Of a DNA stretch of 64,000 nt, positions 38,446-51,758 are shown in pieces. The position numbers were made by a program, and so were the translations under genes. The stretch comes from Sphyrna mokarran (taxonomy: Eukaryota), in the NCBI GenBank assembly GCA_024679065.1, contig JAGIQG010000001.1:99696001-99760000 (forward strand). The letters run 5' to 3'. The notes below the pieces were generated by a model. The model saw nothing but the letters and a program-made list of their open reading frames with translations, did not search any database and was not told where the DNA came from. Every line of letters starts with the position of its first letter. Position 1 is the stretch's first letter.

Positions 38446-40823
38446 TAAAAATTATTTTAGATCGTTCTACAAAGTTAAATACCCCTGAGTAAAGCCCAGT
38501 GTCTGTTTGCACCATTTGACGTGGATGGATTTTTTTGACATGAGGGTATCTTTCTAGTATATGGACCTGATAATGATGTTAAATCTGACTTTGGATTCTC
38601 ACGACATATTTTGCCCCTGTTGCTGAACCTGCCCAATGGAAAATACCAGCCTTTAAATTCAGTCATAGATTGGCATGATGGTATTCATCAGCTGGACTAG
38701 ATGGCACCCTCCTTTCACTAAATAGAATGAATCCATTGGATTTATATGAAAATTTGTTAGCCCGGAAAGGCCAGAAAAATATGTATAGGCTGCTCCACTC
38801 TACTATAGTGTAGATGTGGATTCTGTAGCATTTCCTGCAAAATTACAGCAATGGAGCAAGGGCAGCTCTCAAGAAATATAATCATTTATTTTCTCTGATT
38901 CTGACTCAAAAATCACTAGCTTTATTAAATTTAGTTATCATAATTTTCCTTGAGTAGGATTTGAACTTATTACCTCTGGGTTGTTAGTTCTGTACCATAA
39001 ACCAGCAGACAACCATGCCCTGAAGCAGGCAATGCTTCCATTTATTATTATTAAGGTCAAAAGCTGATGAAGAAATCTGTTTTTACAAAAAACACATAAG
39101 CGTTTGAAGTAAAATCGCAAAGATAAATTAATCTATTTGCACAAGTAATTTGGAGAAATGGGATATCGAAAGCTTTTGAAGGTCCTTGCATTTTTTTTGA
39201 AGAGGTCTGTTTTCTTTCAGTGAGCAGGATCTGCTGTGGATTTAACTGCTTTAAAAGTAGCATCACATTTCGTTATAAATATTTACAGCATGTGTTACGG
39301 GAAATGGCTTATTTTGTATACTACGGCCCACAGACAGGTTCAAACATTGAGCCTTATCTTGTCAGCTTGCCCAGAGCAATAGTCTGACTGACTGAACAAT
39401 AACAACAATCTTCCACGACCGAACCATCCATAGGTAAGTTTGAAATGCACCCTCAGACAAAGGCAATGTATTTTTTTCTTACATGTTTTTTTCCCCTCTT
39501 TTGACATTGCCTGTACTAAACATAAATTAAACATTACTGAATTTCCATACTGAATTATCTTGAGCTTAATCACAATAGTCTAGCACTGCTTAATCATGTA
39601 AAAGAAACCTGAAATGATCACAATTACAATTATCATTTATCTGTACCTATTACAACAAAAATGTTTGTTAGACTACATGAATATTTTCAAGATGAATGTT
39701 ACTGATTGATATATTTTGCGGATTTGGTTTCATGATTTTCAAGGCCCATTATAAGCCAAAGGAAGAAATTGTCTCTATTATCTCATTTCCCTTTTTTTTG
39801 ACATTACAATAGCGCAGCAGGTTTGAAGAAGGCAGATTTATGGACACCCATTTGATGCTAATCCACTATTTAAATATTTACATAATTTCTTGAGCCCTAT
39901 TGGCAAACATTCATAGATCAAATCACATGAAATGGATTTATTCTGGAATTTTTGGATAGCATTATTTTCATTACCGAAATGAGAAATAATTTTTACTTCT
40001 GACACAAATGTAAGCAGAATGAAATTAGACAGTCCTGACCTGAAGAAACGGGTCGGATACAGGGAATGATGCCAATATCCAGATGCATAGGCCTAACTGA
40101 TCCACTCAGTACTGAGCCTTGGACTTTAGTTCATTGTAAACTGGTGAGCAGCAAGCACCTGCTGCATGTTCCCAGGTAACTAGCCAGAGAAACAGATATA
40201 AATCAGTCCAGCCTTGTAGAAGGGAGTCAATTGAGACGGAGGGAGCAATCAACCATGACAACTTGCATTTACATTGCTCTTTTAAAAATCCAGCAGCTGG
40301 AGACTGAGGAAAAGGAGTGATTAAGAGATGATAAGGGATAAAGGGTTCATGATACGGAAAAGGGCATGCAAGGACTTACATGGAATCAGGAAGGGCTAAG
40401 ACTCTATGTTTAGATAAGTGTTTAAACTTACCTTTTTGATAGAGAGCATCTTTGAAAAGCTACCATTTAGGCCATGTGTAGTCATGGACAGATCCAACAT
40501 TGACTGTGTTTTAGGCAACCAGGTTTTAGAAACATGCATTAGGCACCTTGTTTAAATCTCCAAAAGTCCTAATGCCTGTTTTGACACAGGATACCTAACT
40601 ATCAGCATTTACTAATATGTTGGATAGCACACGTCCCATGTAGGATAGGTGTACACATGTTGCCCATTACGTTGGACACTCGTATAAAACAACAAATGTC
40701 TCAGCTATGGAGTGGGATTTTCTGGCCACATTCAACCCAAAACCAGAAAATGGACCGATGCATGGTCTGAGCCCCACCTGCTATGATTCTCATGGCAGGC
40801 GGGACAGGAAAATACTGTTTATT

Positions 40824-41100
40824 TTGAGGGGACATAGCTTTAAATTAAGGGGTGGTAGTTATAGGACGGATGTCAGAGGTAGGTTCTTTACCCAGAGGGT
40901 GATAAGGGTATGGAAATGCCCTGCCTGCTGCAGTTGTAGATGCGTCAAGTTTGGTGGCGTTTAAGAGGTTAGTAGATAAGTTTATGGACGAAAAGGGAAT
41001 GGTTTAGGTTAGAGGGTCATTGCTTTTTCCTAATTGGTCGGCGCAACATCGAGGGCCAAAGGGCCTGTTCTGCGCTATAATGTTCTATGTTCTATGTTCT
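40824..41100 (+). mobile_element. Young CR1 3' end (related to 50972-51758)
   Basis: RGHSFKLRGGSYRTDVRGRFFTQRV; (TTCTATG)n tail. Confidence 0.93.
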
Positions 41101-41263
41101 ACATTCCAATGTAATAACCTTGACCTTATATGCAAGATTTTACTTGTTCCCATCATATAGTATAATCAACCTAACTTTCACTTTCAATGGATTCTGAGTT
41201 TAGTATAATAACAACACATATCTTTTTTCTTGTGAAGGACAGAGCTTTCTTTTAAACATTGTC

Positions 41264-41268
<5 letters not shown>

Positions 41269-41294
<26 letters not shown>
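41269..41294. repeat. (TA)13 microsatellite
   Basis: Read directly from the sequence. Confidence 0.95.
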
Positions 41295-41374
41295 AAACGG
41301 TGGCCAATATTGCAATCAAATTCAAATTTTAAAGTATTTCTGAATATTTTACTAGGAAAGCCAACACAGACTTG

Positions 41375-41905
41375 TTAAGGGCAATTGTGTATAGTTCTGG
41401 TCACTATTATTGAAAGAATATTATTAAACTCGAAAGAGTGCAGAAAAATTTACTAGGATGCTACCAGGACTTAATGGTTTGAGTTATAAGGAGAGGCTGG
41501 GTAGATTGGAACTTCTTTCCCTGGAGTGTAGGAGGCTTAGGGGTGATCTTATAGAGGCCTATAAAATAATGAGCAGCATAGTCAATATCTTTTTTCGAAG
41601 ATAGGGGAGTCTAAAACTAGAGGGCATAGGTCTGAGGTGAGAAGGGACAGATTCAAAAGGGCCAGAGAGGCAATTTTTTCAATCAGAGGTGGGGAGTGTC
41701 TGGAATGAGCTGCCAGAAGCAGTAGAGGTAGATGCAATTTGTCTTTCAAAAAGCATTTACACAGATACATGGATAAGATGTGTATAGAAGGATATGGCCA
41801 AATGCAGACAACTAGGACGAGCTCAGTGGTTAAAAGCTAGGCAATATGGAGAAGTTGGGCCAAAGAGCCTGTTTCCATGCTGTAAATCCTCTATGACTCT
41901 CTGTG
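41375..41905 (+). mobile_element. CR1 3' fragment
   Basis: ERVQK.FTRMLPGL, SLECRRLRGDLIEAYKIM; 3' end GGGCCAAAGAGCCTGTTTCCATGCTGT. Confidence 0.85.
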
Positions 41906-41924
41906 ACTCAAAATTGTGCTGAAC

Positions 41925-42430
41925 TAACCTTACTGAGTTTTTTGATACAGTCACCTGGAGGGTAAAGCAGTTAATGTGTTGTACATGGACTTCCATAAGT
42001 GCTTTTGAAAATGCCGTATAATGGATTTGCCAACAAAGTTAAAGGTCTTGAAATGAAAAGGAAGTGAAGTTAATTAGTTTAGTGCCTGGAAATATCTGTT
42101 TCTTAGTCGTGATGAATGGTTGTTTTTTTTGAGTAGGTTTTAAAGTGGACTCCTCAGGAGTTGAGTTCTGGAATGCTGCTATTCTTGATCTATATTAATG
42201 ACCTTAATTTGGGTGTAAGGGCACAGTTTCAATATTTTGAAGGTGGCATTAAATTTGGAAGTATTGTGAACTATGAGGAAGATAGTGATAAACCTATAGG
42301 TTAAATGAATTGGTGGATGTTGATGAAATTTAATGCAGAGAGGTATGGAGTGATTCATTTTGATAGAAAGAATGTGGGCATACAATATAAAGTAAAGGGT
42401 ACAATTCAAAAGTGGTAGAGGAGCTGAAGC
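41925..42430 (+). mobile_element. Old CR1 RT fragment
   Basis: AVNVLYMDFHK; LFLIYINDL; MKFNAER-like motifs. Confidence 0.7.
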
Positions 42431-44827
42431 ACCCGTCCTATCTGACCTAGTGAGGCTCAGGTGGATAGAAAGAAGTATGCAACTCGTCACTGGTTATCAC
42501 TGAGGCTCTTGTTGTCTCGAAGGAGAGATCTGCTGATCGTGACAAATCTTTCCCCTTTACCACATGGAAGTGAGCTGTCACAGGTTAGCTGCAGGCCTGC
42601 CCTTTGCCTCACTAACCTGAATCTAATGCTCGAAGGCATATGGGGGAAGAGAAAGTGCCTCTTCCTGAAGCAAGAAGCAGGAAGCGGTCATCATACAGCT
42701 GGGGCATCACTCTGTTCAGCACTATCTCCCTCTGCCATCTCGTTCTTTTTAATCAAATAGCAGGGCATTTCTGAATAGACAATGGCTTAAAGGCAGTTCC
42801 TGTTAAAGTGTTAATTCTGTCCAAAATCAGGTCATCTGCCATTCATTTTGTTTTGTAAAAACTATCATCTGCTCATTCAGCTTCATATCCTGGTTAATGA
42901 TATTCCAATTGTCAACCATTTGGCTCAATTTCACCAAAGATGCTTTGTTACATTTGAAATCTGAGGAGATATGATTTTTGCACCACGATGAAATGAAGCT
43001 TTACAATGCGCATTCAGTTTTTATTTCCAAGCAGAAGGGCTTAGGGCTTCTTGTGTTGGACATGGACAGAAGTAGAAGGCAACAAACAGTTTATGATTGA
43101 GCCAAAAAAAGTGTTAGATTCAGCTTACATGGAACAGTGTGTGTCAGACTTCCACACTGGAGCAGCCAGCTTAGTCAGGAAGTAGCTGACTTGGCCTGGC
43201 TAGCACATTGGTGCTGATCTGGAAAGCCAACGTTACACAGTGCTTACAATTGACCTTAACACATTGTGTTAGGAAAGAACAAACTGACAGCAAGTGTGGG
43301 AGGAAGCTGGAGGGCAAGATTGGGCTCAGCTGTGAGACATTTCCAACACTCCTCCCTCTGATCAAACAGTCCATTAATACTCATTGCCAAGGAACAGATA
43401 TGAGGAATTTTAAAGTTACAGAGGACATCTGGTGCCCACAGCACCATGCCACAAGAGAATCAATAGCATGGCTGACTGGAAGAGGGGATGGAAACTAAAC
43501 TAACACTGAAACTCCCTTTACATTGGGTGCCTGTGATTCCCACTAGACAGAGATGTTTAGTTAACACTGTTTATATGAAAGTGTGAGATTGAAGAAACCC
43601 AAGACCTTTTGAGTTTCGGCGTTGTATGCATCAGGCATCATTATTAAAGATTATTAATCGTCATGGTCCTTTTAACCAACTGTTCAAGACTTTGGTTGGC
43701 CCTCTCAACCAGAGATGTTGGGGTTGGAATGCGTGCTTTCAACAAAAGAGCATTCCATTCCCATAGCACCTCTCTTAACATTCTGGGATGATTTATTGAA
43801 ACATTAAAATGGAGTTTGACAGCAGTTATTTCCATACTGAAAATGTTCCTATATATCAGCACAACGTGACTAACATCTTTCAGTTCCTGGATACAAAAGT
43901 ACACCAGCTCATTACCAGTTTTCAGTCCATACTTAATCATGTTCTGGTAACCTTCACATTTTTACAGTGGGGCTTTAATATTTTTAGCAATGTAGATTCT
44001 TATAGTTATAATTAATTTATAACAAAAAAGAGAGTTTTATGAGCTTCCACTGCTGACGGAAAGCCTCATAATCCTTGCACTTCGACTAGGAGTGACTGCC
44101 AGCAATATTAATGAATAGAAGTTTCATGCATTCATATGACATTATTTGATCACTATTTTCACTTTTATAAAATAGGTGAATTTAAGACTTCCACTAGAAC
44201 GGCAGATAGGAATATCACATTTGTGTATTTAATGTTTATTCAATATTGTCAACAGCAGTTTCTAGCCAAAATACATGTAAGATAATCTCCTTCCCATTCA
44301 CTGTAATAATGTCACAAGTTGTGTGAAGATGGCTTTTCCTAATCTAGCATTTTCAGAATTAGTCAAAATTTGGATACTGATAAAAATTTTGTCAGACCAT
44401 TCGAATGTAGCTATTTGTTCAGCAGGATCCAATAGTATCTGTCCAATAGTGTTTTAGTCAATTTGGGTATTATTTAGTTCATCATATGTCCATTAAATAT
44501 GTGTCCAATTTCTTTGCAGTCTGGTATCTGATTTCTTGGATCAGAGAAATTATTCCAATAGCCGACCAGCAATTGTTTCAGACATTGGCGAGAAGAATCA
44601 CATATAATACTTCTCATGCCTTTGGCCAATAAAGAGCTTTCAATTTATATTTACTGTTGTTTTCTGTGAGCAAATGCATTAGACAATTTGCACAAAGCAA
44701 CATCCCACAAATAGCAAAAAATAAACTGACTGGTTAATCCGATTTGGCAGTGTTCGTTGAAGGATGTATATTGGTTAGGACAGTGGGAGAAATGCTTGCT
44801 TCACCCTGAAAAAGTGCCATAGGATCT

Positions 44828-44965
44828 TTTTGCTGAAATTTTGCTATGTGTGCCCCACCACCTCTGCCAGCAAGAACAGAGAATTTGGCGCTTAGCCAAA
44901 TTTCCATTCAGTGCAGCGGGACTGGAGAATTCTAGCCATGGGCGAAGTTGGAGAATTCCAGCCTT
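44828..44965. mobile_element. ~135-bp MITE-like element; related copies at ~31812-31935, ~40708-40815, ~55610-55715, ~62092-62180
   Basis: Termini GCTGAAATT / GGAGAATTCCAGCC; internal palindrome AATTTGGC-GCTTA-GCCAAATT. Confidence 0.6.
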
Positions 44966-45699
44966 TAAATCCACTTAAGCAGGAGATGGGGACATAGTTT
45001 AACATTTCATCTAGCGTTCAGCATCTACAATGAAGAATTCAGCAAAAGTATTTAAGTTCTGGACTGATTTGAGTCTACAACTTTAGAATCAGAGCCACTA
45101 CTGAGCCAAACTGACTCTTGCTGATAGAAAGTCAGTGGGAGTTCCCAAACTATCATCACAACTTTGGCTGGAAAGGTTACAGTGGGAGGAAATTACTGGC
45201 GTCAGTGAGGCTCAGTCTCAATCAAAAGCTCAGAAACTTGCATGAGTGTTGTGACTTGGCTTGTCCTCCAATTGTTGATGATTCTGAAAAGCTCTCACCT
45301 CTGTTTGGTCCTTCTACAGGTGACTTTCCAGAAACAGGATCTTGATGTTCATCTTGAGTGAATATGGTTTGTAAAATGTCGAAGCATCATTCTCAATGTT
45401 ACAGAAAAAATCAGCTTCTCCTCTGAACTGGAATTGCCAATTCCTTTTCATTTCAGTCTTTTGCAAGTTCCATTCCCTACTATCTTAAGTTTCAACTCTT
45501 ACCCCTATTCATCATTTATGCACAAAGACACACACAAAGAAGTCCCTGACTGATTGGATAGGCCTTATTTTCCAAAATATTTCTCTGCATACTTTGTTAA
45601 GGAGTGAGAAAGTGTTGTGATTTGGCTCATTCTTGTACCTGCCATTCTCTTTCTGATAACTCCACAGATGGCATGCCCAACATCAAGATGTCAAAAAGA

Positions 45700-46000
45700 A
45701 TTGCATTTGACAGCCATCATAAATCCACTTTGACTGACACGCCCAACTTTCATTATTTTCTTGATTGATCTAACATCGAAAGTCATATTTATTTTCAAAC
45801 TTCCTGTGGGAAGTGGAAAACCAGACCTTAGTTTGCAGCAGCAGTTCAGCACAATAATATGTTCTGACCGGCCGATATCAACATACTGTCGTATTGGTTA
45901 AAAGTGTGACAGAGATTAATTTGAAGAGTGAAAAATAAAAGGCATGTGCTGATTTGCAATGTGACATTAGCGAAAAAGGAAACATCAATCATTATTATCT
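45700..46000. promoter_or_regulatory. Candidate enhancer with clustered Pbx-Hox and Meis motifs
   Basis: TGACAG at 45708-45713 and 45907-45912; TGATTGAT at 45762-45769 (+) and 45984-45991 (-). Motif evidence only. Confidence 0.33.
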
Positions 46001-46562
46001 ATCCAGGAAGCTTAACTGGGAATGAACAGCAATTGTGTTTTTTACATTTTGACCAACAGTCTGCAGTGAAGGATTGTGCAATGTAATTAAACTTTTGTTT
46101 CATTCTGCCATGTTGAATTTATTGAGCTGAGCAGTTTGTCTGACTGCTAAGCCTGACATTTTGACAAATGCACAGCGCTTAGTTCAGCCAACAAATATAC
46201 ATTGACCTAATGTCTCTGCTTGTCTCACACACACACATTTGCACGCACAGCAGATTATGAGTATGACTTTTAAAGGGGTTCTGTTTGAACATTTGACTAT
46301 GTTTGATAAAATATAATTAGTAGTTTGGAGTGTTGTGAGAAAGCACTTCTTAATTTGTATATGTTCTTTTCCTAAGCCAACTCAACAACTTAACCCGGGG
46401 AAGTTTGTATATAGGTGTTGGCAAGTGTAACTGTAGCAAATGCACTGTAATGAACAGCTAGGGTGCCTCATTTTATAAATTTTACTCTAAAAGTCATGTA
46501 CATATTTTGTCTGGGGCATTGACGCCATAGTTCAAGACTCTGCACTTTTTGTTATTATTTAC

Positions 46563-46790
46563 CACCAAAGTTCGCAAACACTACACGGTGTCTGAATTGG
46601 TGGCGGTTTAATCTGAATCAACCAGAAATCTTTAGAGAGCGAAACAGAAGGAGGAGAAAAGAAACATTTGCAGCCAGAAAGGCCTAAGTTATGAGCCGAT
46701 GACAATGGACGTAAAAAGGCCAAATTTGTCATCCAGTCCATTCCATCCAGAATTAGTGCAACTTGTTTACCAACGGTCTCTCCTGACCAG
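46563..46790 (-). other. Candidate 228-nt spliced exon of an unidentified transcript
   Basis: Acceptor TTTTTTTTCTCTGCTTTTCCCTTTCAG before 46790; donor GTG|GTAAAT after 46563; length divisible by 3 with one open frame; no recognisable protein. Confidence 0.3.
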
Positions 46791-46919
46791 CTGAAAGGGA
46801 AAAGCAGAGAAAAAAAACTTAGGTCAAAATAGAAAAAAATGTGGGACAATTACTCTCTGACCTCTTAAGACAATCAAATGAAATTTCACTGATTATAGCT
46901 ACACTTCAGCTACCTTAAA

Positions 46920-47165
46920 TAGAAACATAAAAATGTAGATGCAGGAGTAGGCCATTCAGCTCTTTGAGCTTGCTCCACCATTCATTTTGATCATGGATGA
47001 TCATCAAATTCAATACCCAGATCCTCTCTTCCTCCCATATCTCTTGATCCCTTTAGCCCTGAGAGTGATACCTAATTTTGTCTTGAAATCAGCCAATGTT
47101 TTGGCCTCAACTACTTTCTGTGCTAGTGAATTCCACACATCACCACCATCTAGGTGAAGAAATAG
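46920..47165 (-). mobile_element. CR1 3' end
   Basis: GCAGGAGTAGGCCATTCAGC...; reverse complement of the family end at 16450-16692. Confidence 0.85.
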
Positions 47166-48970
47166 TTTGAGATGTTTTCCAGGTTCCTTTAAAAGCCTCG
47201 TAGAAAATTATACAGAACCCATTCTGAATACGCATGCCAAAAGTCTAATATTTTGATGACTCTGTGTGAAAATAAATAGTTCCAAGCATATAACCTAACT
47301 TTGTAATAGTAAGAGGTAGTCAACATAGATTCCAAAATATTATAGTGTCCCAATCAGAGTGAATTATTTGAAGGAGTACCAGAAAGTGTAGACATAGTCA
47401 ATGTGATAGATGTAATATATTAGGATTTCAAAAATTGAGACAAAAGTCAAATATTTGAAGCTGGGGACAAGAAGCAGAATGGAAGGTAAGCTAGTTAAAA
47501 GAACAAAGAACAAAGAAAATTACAGCACAGAAACAGGCTCTTCAGCCTTCCAAGCCTGTACCGACCATGCTGCCTGACTTAACTAAAACCCCCTACCCTT
47601 TCAGGAATCATATCCCTCTATTCCCATCCTATTCAGCTGCTTGTCGAGACGCCCCTTAAAAATCACTACAGTATCCACTTCCACTACCTCCCCCGACAAT
47701 GTGTTCCAGGTGCCCACTTCTGTCTGTGTAAAAAATCTGCCACGTACATCTCCTTTAAACTTTGCCCCTTGTGCCTTAAACCTATGTCCCCTAGTAATTG
47801 ACTCTTCCACCCTGGGAAAAAGCTTTTGATTATCCACTCTGTCCATGCCTCTCAGAATCTTGTAGATTTCTATCATGTCTCCCCTCAACCTCCATCATTC
47901 CAGTGAGAACAAACCAAGTTTTTCCAACCTCTCCTCTTGGCTAATGCCCTCCATACCAAGCAACATCCTGATAAATCTTTTCTGTACCCTCTCCAAAGCT
48001 TCTACATCCTTCTAGTAGTGTGGCAACCAGAATTGAACACCATATTCCAAGTGCAACTTAAGTAAGATTCTATAAATCATCAACATGACTTGCCAATTTT
48101 TAAACTCAATACCGTGGTCAATGAAGGCAAGCATACCATATGCCTTCTTGACTACCTTCTTAACCTGCATTGCCACTTTCAGTGACCTGTGTACCTATAC
48201 ACTCATATATTTTTGCCTATCAATACTCTTGAGGTTCTGTCATTTACTGTAAATTTCCTATCTGTATTAAACCTTCCAAGTGCATTACCTCATATTTGTC
48301 CAGATTAAACTCTACCTGTCATTCCTCTGCCCAAGTTTCTAACAGATCTATAGTTCTGCTGTATCCTCTGTTGGTCCTCATCGGTCTCCACAAATCCAAC
48401 AACCTTTGTGTCATCCGCAAACTTACTAATCAATCCAGTTACATTTTCCTCTAAATCATTTATATATATATTACAAACAGCAGAAGTCTCAGCACTCATC
48501 CCTGAGGAACATTACTTGTCCCAGCCATCCATTCAGAAATGCACTCTTCCACCACTACCCTCTATCTTCTTTGACCAAACCAGTTTTGAATCCACCTTGC
48601 CAGTTCACTTCTGATCCCATGCGACTTTACATTCTACAGCAGCCTGCCGCAAGGGACCTTGTCAAAGGACTTACTGAAATCCATGTAGACAACGTCCACT
48701 GCCCTTCCCTCATCAATTCATTGTAATCACTTTCTTGAAAAGCTCGATCAAGTTTGTGAGACACAACCTCCCCTTCACAAAACCATATTGCCTCTCACTA
48801 ATACGTCCACTTATTTCCAAGTGGGAATAAATCCTGTCTTAAAGAAGCCTCTCCAATAATTTCCCTACCACTGATGTAAGGCTCACCGGTCTGTAATTAC
48901 CCGAATTATTCTTGCTATCGTTCTTAAACAAAGGAACAAAATTGGCTATTCTCTAATCCTCTAGGACTTC

Positions 48971-50373
48971 CCAACATCTTCATGCACAGATTCGAACAAG
49001 ATCTCTTCACCACATAGGACTTCAACTGATGCTATACACTAAATACATTGATTACATTTTCTTCCTTTGGACTCATGGTGAACAATGACTATATCATGAC
49101 GCTAACAAGTTCCACCCCACCATCAGACTCACCATGAACTACTCTCCTGAATCGGTTGCATTCTTAGATGCATGTATCTCCATTAAGAATGATCACCTCA
49201 GTACCTAACTGTATCACAGGCCCACGGATAACCTCACGACGCTCCACTTCTCCAGCGTCCACCCTAAACACATTAAAGAAGTTATCCCCTGCGGACAAGC
49301 CCTCCGTATACACAGGATCTGCTCAGATGAGGAGGATCATGGCAGACACCTCCAGAAGCTGGAAGATAACCTCATAAGAACAGGATATGGTGCTCGACTC
49401 ATCGATCGACAGCACCACAGCGAAAAACCGCACTGACCTTCTCAGAAGACAAACACGGGACAGAGTGGACAGAATACCCTTCGTTGTCCAATAGTTCCCT
49501 GGAGCGGAGAAGCTACGACATCTTCTCCGGAATCTTCAACATGTCATTTATGAAGACAAACATCTCACTAGGGCCATCCCCACACCTCCCTTTCTTGTAT
49601 TCAAACAACCGCACAACCTCAAACAGACCATTGTCCGTAGCAAACTACCCAGCCTTCAGGAGAACAGTGACCACAGCACCACACAACCCTGCCATAGCAA
49701 CCTCTGCGAGACATTCTTGATCATCGACACGGATGCCAAGACCTCACGTGATAACACCATCCACCAGGTACACGGTACATAACGTTGCGACTCGACTAAC
49801 TTTGTCTACCTAATACATTGCAAGAAAGGATGTCCCGAAGCATGGGACATTGGGGAGACCATGCAGACACTACGACAGCGGATGAATGAACATCACTCAA
49901 CAAGCACTTTAGCGTTTGGCCTCAGATCTTTAGGTAAGCGTTCTCTAAGGCAGCCTCCACGACACACGCGACAACACAGAGTCACTGAGCAGAAACTGAT
50001 AGCCAAGTTCCGCATGTATGAGGATGGCCTCAACTGGGATCTTGGGCTCATGTCACACTATCTGTAACCCCCATGACTTGCCTGGGCTTGCAAAATCTCA
50101 CTAACTGTCCTGGCTGGAGACAATGCACATTTCTTTAACCTGTGCTTAAACCTCTCTCTACTCACATTTTCTGTACCTTTAAGATTTGATTAGCTGTAAA
50201 GACTTGCATTCTAATCAGTATTCTGTAAACTGAGTGTGTGTCTTTATATGCCCTATTGTGATCAAAACACCCCATTCACTTGACGAAGGAGCAGCACTCC
50301 GAAAGCTAGCGACATTTATTACCAAATGAACCTGTTGGGACTTTAACCTGGTGTTGTGAGACTTCTTATCGTG
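48971..50373 (+). mobile_element. Penelope-like element (RT C-terminus, GIY-YIG endonuclease, terminal repeat), degraded
   Basis: NIFMHRFEQD; KYIDYIFFLWTHGE (YIDD motif); FVYLIHCKKGCPEAWDIGETMQTLRQRMNEH (GIY-YIG); flanked by GACTTCCC / GACCTCCC. Confidence 0.92.
50275..50313 (+). ncRNA. Degenerate minimal type I hammerhead ribozyme motif in the Penelope terminus
   Basis: TTGACGA (CUGANGA with C>T), helix II GGAG-cagca-CTCC, then GAAA-GCTA. Minimal HHRs are known from Penelope terminal repeats. Confidence 0.6.
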
Positions 50374-50971
50374 ACCTCCCCTGTAGCCAGTGAGGAGACA
50401 AAAATTTCTCTCAAGGTTTCAGCAATTTCCTCCCTTGCCTCTCAATATTCTGGGGTACATCCCATCAGACCCTGGAGACTTGAGTACATTAATGTTTCTC
50501 AAGAACCCCAATACTCCTCCTTTTTGATTTCAACATGACTCAAACTAGCTACACATCCTTTCCCAGCATCATCCCCAAGGTGAATACTGATGCAAAGTAC
50601 TCATTTAATACCTTGTCCATTTCCTCTGGCTCCATGCATAGATTCCCTCCCTTGTCCTTGAGTGGCCAATCCTCTCCCTAGTTACCTTCTTGCTTTTTAT
50701 ATATGTATAAAAAACCTTGGGATTTTCCTTAATCCTGTGGCCAATGCTTTATCATGACCCCGTTTTGCCCTTCTTACTCCTTGCTTAAGTTTCTTTCTAC
50801 TTTCCTTGTATTCCAACTTGTTTCATGTGTTCTCAGCCTGCTAGCTTCGACAAATGCTTCCTTCTTCTCTTTGACTTATGAAACAGAAAAATAAAGTAGG
50901 GAGTCCAATCTAGTTTTTCAGACAGATGAAAAGTGTGAGGACTCATCATTGTTCACCAATTACCTCACACC

Positions 50972-51758
50972 AAAAGTGTGAGGTAATGCACTATGGCAGA
51001 AATAATAAATGTGTAGAGTATCGGGCAAATGGTAGGATTCTTAGTAGTCTTGATGAACAGAAGGATCTTGGTGTGTATGTGCATAGATCCCTGAAAGTAG
51101 GCAGGCAGGTCGAGAAGGTTGTTAGGAAGGCATACAGAGTCTTGGCTTTTATTGGTAGAGGGATTGAATTTCGGAGCCGCAACGTCATGTTGCAACTGTA
51201 CAAAACTCTAGTGCGGCCGCACTTGGAGTATTGTGTGCAGTTCTGGTCCCCACATTATAAGAAAGATGTGGAGGCATTGGAGAGGGTACAGAGGAGGTTT
51301 ACCAGGATGTTGCCTGGTATGGAGGGCAGGTCTTATGAAGAGAGGCTGAGGGATTTGAGGTTGTTTTCGTTAGAAAGGAGGCGGCTAAGAGGGGACCTTA
51401 TCGAAACATATAAGATGATTAGAGGTTTAGATAGGGTGGACAGTGATAGCCTTTTTCCTAGGATGGAGAAAGCTAGCACGAGGGGACACAGCTTTAAATT
51501 AAGGGGTGATAGTTATAGGACGGATATCAGAGGTAGGTTCTTTACCCAAAGGGTGGTTAGAGAGTGGAATGCCCTGCCTGCAGCAGTTGTAGATGCGCCA
51601 AGTTTGGTGGCGTTTAAGAGGTTAGTTGATAAGTATATGGAAGAGAAGGGAATGGTTTAGTTTGGAGGGGCATTGCTTTTTATATTGGTCGGCGCAACAT
51701 CGAAGGCCGAAGGGCCTGTTCTGTGCTGTAATGTTCTATGTTCTATGTTCTATGTTCT
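50972..51758 (+). mobile_element. Young 5'-truncated CR1 with an uninterrupted C-terminal ORF2 frame, nested in an older CR1 (~50880-52000)
   Basis: ORF 50926-51660 runs KCEVMH...RPHLEYCVQFWSP...MEEKGMV; (TTCTATG)n tail. Confidence 0.97.

Larger units (their letters stand above)
47500..50875 (-). mobile_element. CR1 LINE ORF2, interrupted by a Penelope insertion
   Basis: (AGAACAA)n tail at ~47500-47516; RGDMIEIYKIL, SKFADDTKVVG, VYMDFSKSFDKVP, GNYRPVSLTSVVG; resumes at ~50374. Confidence 0.93.

Noticed and set aside
39334-39439. Possible plus-strand exon ending at AG|GTAAGT
   Set aside because: Weak acceptor, and such donors occur by chance several times in the window.
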